Source of the DNA: Monocercomonoides exilis PA203
Taxonomy: Eukaryota; Protista; Preaxostyla
NCBI GenBank assembly: GCA_001643675.2
Contig: LSRY02000039.1
Location: forward strand, 248,001 to 312,000
DNA: 64,000 bases
Reading direction: 5' to 3'
Positions 1-16,400 of this stretch are shown one piece after another (within the stretch, counting starts at the first letter, position 1; each line of letters opens with the position of its first letter). A program made the translations under genes and the position numbers. The notes beneath the pieces were generated by a model. That model worked only from the letters and a program-made list of their open reading frames with translations, did no database searches and was not told where the DNA came from.

Positions 1-778
1 TAAGAAATTGTCTGCAAATGGAGTGCATTTCTGATTCATTACAAAAGAAGAACAGCCTAACATAGTCTCCGCAGTAACACGTGCTTGTATCAACTGCTGT
101 AAGTTCGCTAATAGCCCCGTCTTTCCTAATAATTTATCCGCTTGCTAAAACTTCACCTCCTTCTCGCTGTTCTCTCATTATTGCCTTTCCCCGGAGAGGT
201 GATGGTATGCTCTCCCGCACCTCCTCGTGGCTTCTCAGCCGCGAATGTTCCCTCAACGGTATCACATCTCAGCGCACTTCCACATTCTTCGTATCTGCAC
301 TCCATAACACTCATGAAAAAGAAGCAACAGATAGAATGATTCAGATATTCAACGTATTCCTTCCTGCCACATTATTTCCTGTTCTAGTTCATCATCTTCT
401 TCTCCTCCAACTTCTCCCCATTTCCATTTAACTTCCTCATTTTTTAAAATCTCAGCAATTTTCACTCACCAATTTCCATTCATCATATCATGTCTAACGA
501 ATTCTTCTATCTCTTTATCTTTATACTCTTCATTGACTTTTCAATCTTCTCATTTTCAACTGTTTTTTTTTCCTTCAGAAATACCCTTCTTCTTTCTTTC
601 TGCAATCATCCCATATAAAGATGATAAAAAAAAAGAAGAAATCCAATCAAATGAAGTGAGAGATGATAATGAAAAAGTGGTGTTATATGATGTTTATGCA
701 TACAAGGAAGAAGAAAAAGAAGAAAAAGAGGAAGAGGAAGAAGAAGAAGAAGAGGAAGAGGAAAAAGAAGAAAAAGAA

Positions 779-810
<32 letters not shown>

Positions 811-940
811 AGAAGAAGAAGGTGAAGAAGAAGGTGAAAAAGAAAAAGAAGAAGAAGAAGAAGAAGAAGTTGAATAAGAAGAAGAAGAAGAATTCGAAGA
901 AGAATTCGAAGAAGAAGAATTCGAAGAAGAATTCGAAGAA

Positions 941-972
<32 letters not shown>

Positions 973-1057
973 AGAAGAAGAAGGTGAAGAAGAAGGTGAA
1001 GAAGAAGGTGAAAAAGAAAAAGAAGAAGAAGAAGAAGAAGAAGTTGAATAAGAAGAA

Positions 1058-1090
<33 letters not shown>

Positions 1091-4000
1091 AAAGAAGATT
1101 ATGAAGAAGAAGAAACAGAAGAGGAGGAAGAGGAGGTTTTGTAATGAAAGTGATCGAAGTTGCATTTGAACATGTTTCATCTGCTGCTTCTTTCTCCACC
1201 TCTGAAGAAGAGGAAGCAAAAGAGCAAGATATTTGAATATAACAACATTCAGTTGCCTCACAATCAACTGGCCTTGATGACGATTAGAAGGAAGATGATA
1301 TGAAAGAAAGTAAAAATATTTGCTGCTCCGTTCTTTCAGCAGCCGCTCCTTCAAATTGTTCAGATTCGGACGAATAAATTTGGTCATCCAATGCCTCTTC
1401 TAAAGATTCTGAGGTTTTCGTGTTTGCGTATCCTTCTCAGCTTCTTCTTCCTTCTCTTTCACTCTCACTCTCTTCTTCTTCGTTTTCTTTTCTGACTTTT
1501 TCAAGTTCTTTGTTACTTCCGTTTTTTAATTTCTTTTTTCCCCCACTTTCATCTGCCTTGATTGCAATTCACCACCATCTCTCTCATCTCCTCGATCTCC
1601 TTCATCTTCAAAATCATCCTTTTCCCTCTTCATTTTCTCCTCTTTCTATCCCTTTAGATCTGAGCACTCAATGAAATGAATCAGTATTCTTTTGATAAAA
1701 AAAAAATAAATTTCATCTTTCCCTTTTGCCTCTGGCTCAGCAGAACTCTTCATCTGATGGCAAGCCCTTCTTCTGTGTGGATGAAGACATGTAGAATAGG
1801 AAGAAAGTAAACCAAGTGGAAAAGCAGAGGAAGGAGGAGGAGAAGAAGAATAAGTATGTTGCTGTTTATTCTGTGCCTGTGAATGAATAAGGAGTTGCAG
1901 TTGAGAAAAGCAGAAGAGGGAAAATGAGTTTCTCAAAGCTGAGTAAAATCGAAGTTGGAAATTTGCACAAAGTTGCCTTTTTTGTCACTTTATGCATTAA
2001 TCGAACGAAAATGTCTCCGTTACAGTCATTTGTTTCCCTCTTTCATTCGTCTCGCTTTATCTTCTTTTAAGCTGTTTTTCTTTCTGTTCTCTAAAAGAAA
2101 TGAAATATTTTCCTTTTATTTTCTGCAGTTGCACCTATTTTCAGCTTGCAATAACTGTGTAGGCGGAAGAGCGAACGAATAATAAACAGCCTAGCAGATG
2201 CCAATAAAACTTGCGGTTGATAATAACTTCTGAAAATTTTATAGAAAATTGAACTGCCGTTTCAAAAATGCTGTTGTTGATGTCATTGATGCTTCTGCTT
2301 CTGCTTCTGCTGTTTCAATCGTGTTGGGAGTGATTTTTCTTGCTTGTTTGTTTTGTGTTCTTGTAATCATCGAAATCATCATATATGGCGTTTCTTTCTT
2401 CTTCAATTAAATCATGCTTCATTTTCTCATCTTCTTCATTCATTTCTCCTACTCTTTCTATTTCTCTCCCTTTTCTCGGAGAAAATTCTTGATCCTTCAT
2501 CTTCATCTGCAAATTCAGCCGTTCTTCATTTGATCGATTGAACGGCAAATGGGGAGATCTGAACGTAAACCAACACATTGCTTCAAATTCAGTCGAAATT
2601 TACAATACAAATTGGATAATCCATCAGAGATGATGATATAATGGAATGGGATGTGGAAGAAGAAGAAGAAGAAGAGGAAGAGGAAGAGAGAGGGAAATGG
2701 AACGAAGAAGAAACTGAAGTAGTTTCAGAATGGATAAAGTTATTTTCTATGTTTTTATGTTCATTGTCACATGCGTTGTGAAAGACAACATGCAGGTGTG
2801 TGTTAATAGCACGCAGCATCTTCTCCAGCCCCAGTCTGACAGGCATTATCGATACTGCATTCTTCAGATATACGATGCGGTATTGCACAGTGAAAGAATA
2901 CTGTTTGTTTTCTGAGTCGTCTTTGATGGATAATGGATGGAAGATATCAGAGATGGAGGGAAGAGTTAGGCAAGGAACAAAAAGAATAAAAACAGGATTG
3001 ATTTGATGGAAGTTGGTGAACAAGTGGGTGAGCAGAAGAGCTTCAGGATGGGCCAGATAACGGGAATTTGAGGTGTCTTGACTGATCAATGGTTGAAGCA
3101 ATTAAATTTATGTTAGTATTGTTTTCATCATATTCGCTCTTTCTTCTTTTGAAGTTCTTTTGATTGAAAGGTATCTTCTGAAGAATATTCACTCGCCTGC
3201 CCGGCATTGGCTGAAAGTTGCTGAATTATTATGATAGAGTAGCTGAATCAGGTTTATTGTTATCACTCAAGTTGCCAAGCTGACTCATCCCATTCGTTTC
3301 TCCATCGCATTTAACTTTTGAAATAAAATTATCAAAAGAAGAAGCTATTCCTTTTTCATCCTTCATCTTCTCCTTTTTCTCATCTTCTTCTCTGCTTTCA
3401 TCTGATAACATTTCTTTAGAATCATCTTCCATCAATTGTTGATGTATTCTCCTTATCGAAGAAACAGCTCTTCCAAAAATGTTTATTCTGTGATAGAATC
3501 GTTTGGGATGACTGCTGAATGAAGAAAGAAGAAGCGCCCAGTCATTTGTGGTGAAAAATGTGTATGGAGAACAAGCTGTAAAGATCACTTGGCTGGACGA
3601 AGAATAAGAATACGAAGAAGAAGATTTTTCGCATTTATTTATGTCAGGATCATCGAAACTTGCGAGTGATGATGATGCTGACGTATATCTTTTGTAATCA
3701 ACTTTGTGAATAAAAGGCGTTCTCTGCTCTTTCTTCGTTCTCATCCCTTGTGCTCCCTTTGGAGTTCGAAAAGTCAGTCATTTTTCAGTTTTTCCTTTGT
3801 TTTCCTTCTCTTCCTCTTCCTCTTCCTCTTCCTCTCCATACGGAACATATCGAATCGACGGCACACACACCACAAAGTTGTATATTGAAAACTCACTTGG
3901 CTGCATCATCAGCGCATGTCGCACTTGATTCGCTCTGAAGACGCAGGATGAGCCAAAATCCAATTGAACATCTCGTTCTGCTGATTGCCTAGCATCCTAT

Positions 4001-5925
4001 GGATAATCTGAGTCATCTGTAAAGTCGTATGCTTCGTTGTTTTCTTCGTCTTTTTCATCTTCGCTCGCTTCGTAGAAGGAGTCCGAATAAGCAGATCGAT
4101 GGTGAGAATAAATTTGTGGAGAAAAAGAAGAGATAATGATGATGTATTCCGATGATTTCTTGTATCTATGTCCAGCGCTCATGACGAATTCTGTTTGTGT
4201 TCCTTTCACTTCACCTTCTTTTCGGTATTTTGTTCTCATTCATCATTAAGCCTGTCTTCAATTACGTCTTTGATAACCTGCTCTCAAAAATTGTTCGATT
4301 TGCTCCAATCAAATTCTTCCTTTCGCAGTTTGCTCAGTTCATCATTCATTTCTTTCTATATCTTCCGTTTTACACTTTCTTCGTATCTTCGCTTTTTGTG
4401 TTCTGCATCACTCTTTTCTTCTTCGTCCTCTTTATAATTTTCTCATCTTACTCTATCTTCCTCCTCTCCCTCTTCTCTTCTCTTCTCCTTTCCCGCTCTT
4501 TTCATCTGCTTTCCTGCCATTTCTCCTCATTGCTGCTTGTTTTGAAAGATGCCATGCTTTTCCACTGCTATATTTCCCTCAAACACGCAAACAACAGCTC
4601 CGCTCACGAAACATTCAGTGGAAAAACGAGAAGTCGAATCGAAGCTCATCTCCAGTTCAGCCTTCATCACAATCAGTGCCTCAGAAGATGTGTTTTCTCT
4701 GGTGACAGTGTTTGCTTTTGTTGAGGAAGAAGAGGAAAAGGAAGATAAGGAAGAAGGAGAAGATCTGAGATATGGCTTTGACTCATTTGAAGAAAAAGGA
4801 GAAGTGCATTTATGAGGTTCTTGAAGATCGAAGATTTTGAAGATGAATGCAAATTATTTTCAATGGAGAAATTCAACGAAATATTAATTCTTATTTTCTT
4901 CTTCCGTTTTTCGTGTTCTTCTTGTAACAGTGTTCAATAAATTCATCATTAATTCTTCCTAATCCTCTTTCTCTCTTTCCATCTAAAAATATAAAAAATT
5001 GAGCGTTCCCTTTTTCATTCCATGCCTTCTTCTTTCGCTTCCATTCTTTCATAAAATATCATCTTTCCTCAAAAATAATTCTTTGCCAATGCCCAACGCC
5101 AGGCATCTTCGAAATATCTCGCATTTCATCTATCTGTATTTTTCTTCCTTGATTTTCTTCTTCTTCTTCAAAGCCATATAATCCTTCGCTTTTTCAACAT
5201 CCTGAATGAAAAAATAATAATCACTTCAAACAACAACAACAACAACAAACCTTCTAAACATTTTTATATGCAATTTTCTGTTTTATATTCTATTGGCAAC
5301 TGTTTCCCTCCAATAAAAATTCATTATTCCTTCCTTTTTCAAGTGTTTCATCATCTGATTCGCAAATCATCCTTTCCATCAGTTGTTTCTCCATCAAATG
5401 CATCGATTTCTTGCTCTTCTGAAAAATGTGAAATTCATGCATTTTCTTCAATTTCATCTTTCTCATTGAAAAATATCCTTGTTTCTCGTCTGAAAATATC
5501 ATCTCCAATTCCCTTCCCAATCTCTTCACCCTGGGCACTTTCCATATGAATTCGCTCTCCCAACTCGATAGTCGCCCTGCACAACGAGATATCCCGCCTT
5601 CATTCATTTTCATTCATTTCCACCTCCTGCCCTGAAAGAAACACAAAAAACATCAAAAAGCAAATGTTCATATAAAGATAAATAAATAAAGACCAAACTG
5701 CACTTCACTCGTTTTTCGCCAAATAGCCTCATTTCCACAGCCATCATACAAATATTTTCACTTAAAACAATAAAAGAACACATGTTGATTGTCTAGAAGA
5801 AAGCTTTGTTTTATAACATGTGTTTTTATCATAAAATAACAAAAAACAAACCTCGATGCAACGTCAATGTGGAGAAAAATTGTTGAAAGAACATTTTGAA
5901 ATAAAGTTATGGAATTTTTTCTCAT
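1..5925 (-). pseudogene. Long Ser/Glu-rich hypothetical gene relic with many in-frame stops, running off the left edge
   Basis: Minus-strand coding-like fragments (5290-5613, 3997-4239, 3778-3963, 3229-3744, 2589-3101, 2315-2578) separated by single TAA/TAG/TGA codons and occasional shifts. GTTTG...AG introns are visible near the 5' end. No recognisable domain; boundaries approximate. Confidence 0.5.
706..1135. repeat. GAA/GAG low-complexity tract with an internal ~110-bp duplication
   Basis: (GAA/GAG)n array. The unit ending ...GAAGGTGAAAAAGAAAAAGAAGAA...GAAGTTGAATAAGAAG occurs twice (~777-888 and ~938-1060). It explains the overlapping poly-E/K/F/L ORFs. Confidence 0.9.
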
Positions 5926-6268
5926 TGAAAAGAGTTCAAAACACATATTTTTTAAACCAATTATAATGAATAATGTTGTTTTAAAAATTATGAAGCGTAT
6001 GAACACTAATAGAATATAAGCATTTTCTCGTTCTTGAAAGAACAAAAAAGCGAAAAATTTTCATAGATTTTTGATCTGAAAATTTGAGATACATTTTTCG
6101 AAAAAGAGGTCACACCTTGGTGCCCCCTTTTTTGACATGTTTCACGCACCTTCATAACAACAAATCGATTCGTGCAAAAAAAATGCCACCCAAGGTGTGA
6201 CCATCGTGGGATACCTTAAAAATATTTTTTCCTTATGATCATATCCATAATTTTTTTATATTAACATT
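5034..6268. repeat. Left arm of a 1235-bp inverted repeat
   Basis: Reverse complement of 12220-13454 (coordinates sum to 18488). ORFs 5290-5613 and 5758-6045 are identical to 12875-13198 and 12443-12730. Both ends checked base by base. Confidence 0.95.
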
Positions 6269-7201
6269 TACGTATTTTCAAAACGATTATAATTTGGGGA
6301 AAAGCAAAATCTATTTGATATTTTAATTTTTGTTATTTTCTCGTTAATAAAATTATATTTTTTCGTTTCGTTTATTTTTGAGGATAAGAATTCTCAGCAG
6401 TCTATTCACTCTTAATTGCAATATAAATTTTTTCATTGTTTTTTCAAATCCTTGATAAAATCAGTTGATTTGATTTTTTCACATTATTGTTGTTCATTAT
6501 TGTTAACAAAAACATTTCAAATAATAAAACCAGTTCGCTGTGCACAATGTTGGAAATATTTCGAAATAAACGAATTGGAACTTTGAAACAACAACAAACT
6601 AACCAAAAAACTTAAACACAAAAAAACAAAGAAAAACTTAATAACACAAATTAAAAAAACAATTTTAAATAACTTTTTGCAACATCTGACGATTAACAAA
6701 ATTAAATACAAAGACATCTTTTTCTTTCAATCAAACACAAACATATTTATTTTCAATTTCATTCTCAAGAAATTCTCACTAATCATTATCAAATTGCCTA
6801 ATATTCTGAACAATGAAAGGTCAAATAAAAAGCAGTACTATAACAGCTAATTCATGAAATTAATGACAATTCCAAACAAAAAAGATTACAAATACTTCAA
6901 GTCCAAAAACAAACTTGACTGTTTTTCTTTTGTTTTCCATCCACTCACCCCTTTCTGATATTTCTCTCTCTTTGACTCAAAAAGATCAAATTCAACAAAG
7001 AAAAAAGACAGATACAATGATAAAACATCACTTCACACTCTCAACCACTCTCATTTTCGAAAATCTTATCCAAAAATCATTGAAACTCTTCACAACACCC
7101 ATCAAAAAATGAATCTCTATTTAGACATATATCGATAAAATGCGGGACAATAACCAATTCAATAATAGGGACATTATAGGGACAAAAACCACAAGAAAAC
7201 A

Positions 7202-7347
7202 ATCGGATTCTAACTGTTGTGCACCTGGGAGGCTGTTTGTCGTATCCAGGTCCGGATAAAGCAGCCCGAAGGCTGCAATATCTGAAACGAACAGTCATGT
7301 CCAGCACCCTTCCGATAGAGTGCCAGCTAAGCATGCACAACAACTAG
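7202..7347 (-). ncRNA. Putative structured RNA element in the transposase 3' UTR
   Basis: GC-rich island. Features: 14-bp closing stem (7334-7347 with 7210-7223, two G-U on the minus strand), hairpin GCACUCU-AUCGGA-AGGGUGC, hairpin GCAGCC-UUCG-GGCUGC, hairpin UAUCC-6nt-GGAUA. Loop AUCGGA is complementary to UCCGAU at 7202-7207. Confidence 0.5.
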
Positions 7348-7351
7348 TTTC

Positions 7352-11428
<4,077 letters not shown>

Positions 11429-12219
11429 TTTTGTGAAATATTTAATTTATAATGGAATTTTTAATATAAAAAATCCTAAAAATTCCGTAGTCATTCACTG
11501 TTTTTTTTATTTTCATTTTTATTATTTTCTATTCATTTTTTCTTTTTCACAATTTATTTTTCTCAAAAGATTTATAGAAATGCAAAAAGCTCATTAGTAA
11601 AATCACAAAATAAAAAAAAAAATAAATACAAAAAATTTGATTATCAACAAAATTTAATATTTAACTGATTTTCTTTTCTTTTTTTATAAATGAATATTGA
11701 GTTGTTAGATTTCAGCAAAAAATATGTTTTTTCAAGAAAAAATTTAATGAGAGATGATAGTTTAGTAAAACTTTTTGATTTTTATATTTAAACTCAATGG
11801 ACAAAATTGCAAATATATGTATGGATGACTAATCAAAATATTTCCAATAACAGATAAAAATATTTTTTTCACAAATACAACCTTGAAGACATTATATGTT
11901 TTTTCGATTTATTCGTTCAAAATCAAATGTGGAATTTTTTTTATTTGCGCAATAATGATGAAACATTTTTTGTTCAATTTTTCAACTTTTGAAAACCTAC
12001 TCAAGATAATTTATTCTTTTCTTATTTTGTTGATTCAATCAAGTGAAAAATAATAATTCATTTTCAAAACTTTCATTAATAAAAGTCAAAATTTAAAATT
12101 TCTTTCAACAAAAGTGGACATACAACCAAATCTCTCACAAAATTATTTCAGAATGTTAAATTTTTGTGAAAATAACAAATGAGAAATAATCGTTTCACAA
12201 TACCAAAGTCAGACGATTG

Positions 12220-13454
12220 AATGTTAATATAAAAAAATTATGGATATGATCATAAGGAAAAAATATTTTTAAGGTATCCCACGATGGTCACACCTTGGGT
12301 GGCATTTTTTTTGCACGAATCGATTTGTTGTTATGAAGGTGCGTGAAACATGTCAAAAAAGGGGGCACCAAGGTGTGACCTCTTTTTCGAAAAATGTATC
12401 TCAAATTTTCAGATCAAAAATCTATGAAAATTTTTCGCTTTTTTGTTCTTTCAAGAACGAGAAAATGCTTATATTCTATTAGTGTTCATACGCTTCATAA
12501 TTTTTAAAACAACATTATTCATTATAATTGGTTTAAAAAATATGTGTTTTGAACTCTTTTCAATGAGAAAAAATTCCATAACTTTATTTCAAAATGTTCT
12601 TTCAACAATTTTTCTCCACATTGACGTTGCATCGAGGTTTGTTTTTTGTTATTTTATGATAAAAACACATGTTATAAAACAAAGCTTTCTTCTAGACAAT
12701 CAACATGTGTTCTTTTATTGTTTTAAGTGAAAATATTTGTATGATGGCTGTGGAAATGAGGCTATTTGGCGAAAAACGAGTGAAGTGCAGTTTGGTCTTT
12801 ATTTATTTATCTTTATATGAACATTTGCTTTTTGATGTTTTTTGTGTTTCTTTCAGGGCAGGAGGTGGAAATGAATGAAAATGAATGAAGGCGGGATATC
12901 TCGTTGTGCAGGGCGACTATCGAGTTGGGAGAGCGAATTCATATGGAAAGTGCCCAGGGTGAAGAGATTGGGAAGGGAATTGGAGATGATATTTTCAGAC
13001 GAGAAACAAGGATATTTTTCAATGAGAAAGATGAAATTGAAGAAAATGCATGAATTTCACATTTTTCAGAAGAGCAAGAAATCGATGCATTTGATGGAGA
13101 AACAACTGATGGAAAGGATGATTTGCGAATCAGATGATGAAACACTTGAAAAAGGAAGGAATAATGAATTTTTATTGGAGGGAAACAGTTGCCAATAGAA
13201 TATAAAACAGAAAATTGCATATAAAAATGTTTAGAAGGTTTGTTGTTGTTGTTGTTGTTTGAAGTGATTATTATTTTTTCATTCAGGATGTTGAAAAAGC
13301 GAAGGATTATATGGCTTTGAAGAAGAAGAAGAAAATCAAGGAAGAAAAATACAGATAGATGAAATGCGAGATATTTCGAAGATGCCTGGCGTTGGGCATT
13401 GGCAAAGAATTATTTTTGAGGAAAGATGATATTTTATGAAAGAATGGAAGCGAA
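12220..13454. repeat. Right arm of the 1235-bp inverted repeat
   Basis: Reverse complement of 5034-6268. Confidence 0.95.
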
Positions 13455-16400
13455 TGTGGAAGAGATGGAATTTAAAAGGAGAAATGAAAAAATGCCAAAT
13501 TCATTCATTTTTATGTTTGAAAGAAAGAGATGCAAACTGATTGAGTGAAAGATTCAGTGGATGCTGCTCACCAGAAGAACATAAAAGAATGGGAAGAAGA
13601 GAATTTCAATGAATATCTCAGTTGATGTAAATTGACACTCATCTTCTTTATGTCCAACAATTAATCATTTCATGACATTCATTCATCATCTTCTTCTTCT
13701 TCATAATCAATTATTTCAACATCATATCATACAGTTTCTTCTTCTGTTTTCTCTTTCTCTTCCTCGTCATTTTCATCCTCCTTGTCCTTCTCTTTCATTT
13801 AATACGCCTTTCATTCACTGCCTTCTCTCAACAAGCAGATCTTCTCTTGTTCCTTCTTCATTAGCTCTTCAATATTCTCCTCTTTCTCATCTTTCATCTT
13901 CTTTCAATTTCCATTTCGCCACTCAACTCTTTTCTCCTTCTTCCACCTCTATTAATCATCTGTATCCAACAGGCATTTACTCATTTAACACATCGCGCAC
14001 TCCTTCTTCTTTTAATTTTTCTTATTCATGTTCTTATTCATTTCTAATTCTCGTCATCAACATCAGCATCTTAATCAACAACCACAACTTAGCTTCAAAA
14101 CATCCCTCAAACCTTCTTCTTTTTCTTCTGTTATTCTTTCTCTATCAACTCCTTCCATCTCCACTTCTTCTTTATCGTCTTCCCTTTCTTTCCTTTCTCC
14201 TTCTTTCCCTTCTCTCTCTTCTCTCTCACACATCCCTTCTCTCCCTCATTCTTTTCTCACTCAATAGCTTCTTTCTCATTCAACTTCACCTGATTTTCCT
14301 CCTCCTCCGCTGCCTCTTTTTGATGAAGACAACGAATTTTCAAACATTTACACAAGAAAACTTCAATTGAGACAAAACAAACTGAGATGGGGGCAGAGAA
14401 ACAAACAAATGTCGAACAAAGAGCAGAGGATGCTGGCTATTTTCACTGGAATGTATGAGAATGGGAATGATGGGAAAGATGGAAAGGGAAAAAGAGAAAT
14501 GCTGTGAGAGGAACAACAGGAATAACAGCGATGAGGGAGAGAGAGAAGGAGAAATGGAAAGAAAAACTGAAAGAGAGAGAAAGAGGGAAAGGAAAAGAGA
14601 AAGAGAAACGAGAGAAATTTCCTGGTTTTAAGCTGTTGGGTGATTGGGTGGAACATCTTGACACAGACGAGGCGGTCGATGAATGTGGAGTCAATCCATT
14701 GACACTCGAAAACTACTCATCCTTTAACACAATCAACACATTTGGCTTTCCTGGCTATGCAACCAATCTCATTGACGATTTCCTCTTTGAGCAAGTGCTG
14801 AACAACGGCGATGGTATTCTGCGAAGAAGATTCGGCTCGCTTGCAAACAGCCTCATTTCGAGCAGAGAACTGTCTGTTTTTCAGTCAGACGCGATCAGAA
14901 GGGACTTTATGGCTGGCGCTGTTAGAGAGGGCTTTGGAGATCCACTCTGGCTGTGTGAAAGAGGAGCATCCATCCAGAAGCTGGTGAGGTTGTCTCAAGC
15001 TTGTTATTCGTTGAATACAAAAGCAGCATTTAGTGAGTCATTGGCGAATCTGCCAAGATTTGGGGGGAATATAAACACATATGAAAACCATTCTGCTTAT
15101 AAAGCCAATGAAAAATTTTCGAACTTGATCAAAACTTGTTCGATGAAAGTGCTGAATAAACTGCAGACATTTGTGATGAACTCACCTTGTTCATATAAAA
15201 GCTCCTTATTTCCGGTGTGTAGACAACTGACACGAGCGCTTGAACTGCTGAAAACAAAAACAGAAGTCGAAAAATACCTTCAAAATGAATCAAACTCTTC
15301 AATTATTCCTTCTTCTTCTTTCTCTTCCAATTCAGAATCCCTTTCAAGCTCCTCTTCTTCTTACTCTTCTTCTTCCTCTTCTTCTTCTCCTCCTCCTCCA
15401 AATTCTGTTCTGAAGCTGCTATTACATCAATCCATTGCATCCACCACTTCTCAGCTCCAATCAGCAAACACACGGGCATTTGGCATTTGGCTGCAGATTG
15501 TTCCGATGACAGACGATTTGACAGAAGAAGACGTGTTTCCGGTGGGCGAATGTTTGTGTGGCAGATACAGACAGATGAAACAGAACAGACATGAACATAG
15601 ACATATTCATGGAAATAAACATAATCATCGACATCAATGCAGAAATCATCATCATCATCATCAGCATTCTTCTGAGAAGAAGAATATGAGAGAAGAAAAA
15701 GAAGAAACGAATGAAAATGGAGATGATAGCAAAGAAGGTACAACTGAAACAGAATCTGTGTGTTCAACTTGTGGTGAATTCTCTTGTTCTTCATGTTCTT
15801 CATCATGTTCTTCTTCATCTTTATCTTCTTCTTCTTCTTCTTCTTCATCATCATCTTCTGATTCTTCTCCTTCTTCTCCTTCACCTTCTTCTTCTTCTTC
15901 TTCTTCTTCTTCTTTTTCAACATCGTCATCAAAAACAGTCTCAGTCAAATTATACAAGAAAGAAAACATAGAAAACGATTCATCTTCATCTTCCTCTTCT
16001 TCCGAACAGTCAGAAGTGAATTCATCACAAGAAAGAGCCGAAAAAGAAGAAATTGACGAAAACATCAGAGACTTCAAATGAAAACATGCTCCGCGTCTGC
16101 CGCTTCCTGTGATCCTTCCGCCACAAGAAGCAACCCTTCAAAATTCATCTTTTGTGCCTCGAAGACAAAGACAGAGAAAAAGCAATCAAAATTCAACATA
16201 AACCTTTTTGACTCATTCAATTGCTGGCATTGGCACAGGAACAGGCACATCTCCTTCTTCAATGCAAAATGAATCTTTTCTTTCTCTTCATCAGCTATTT
16301 CCTTCTCCCTCTCCTTCATCTTCCCCATCTTCTCCAGCTGTTACTGACCCCTCTCTCCACCCCAAACCACCTCATCGTTCTGAAATTGCTATGGCTCGCT

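Noticed and set aside
533-1387. Overlapping poly-Glu, poly-Lys, poly-Leu and poly-Phe ORFs
   Set aside because: Frame artefacts of a GAA/TTC low-complexity tract; the same applies to ORFs at 10114-10602 and 53722-54015.
7244-7266. Resemblance to bacterial SRP RNA helix 8 (CAGGUCCGGA...AAGCAGCC)
   Set aside because: The GGA needed to close the UCC-GGAA-GGA stem is missing, so the SRP fold cannot form; treated as coincidence.
7228-7296. Hammerhead ribozyme on the plus strand (GGCUGUUUGUC pairing with GAAACGAACAGUC plus two hairpins)
   Set aside because: The topology and GUC/GAAAC fit, but the essential CUGANGA core between stems I and II is absent.
7077-7343. 88-aa minus-strand ORF after the transposase
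   Set aside because: Non-ATG start, no recognisable domain, and it overlaps the structured island; better explained as non-coding.
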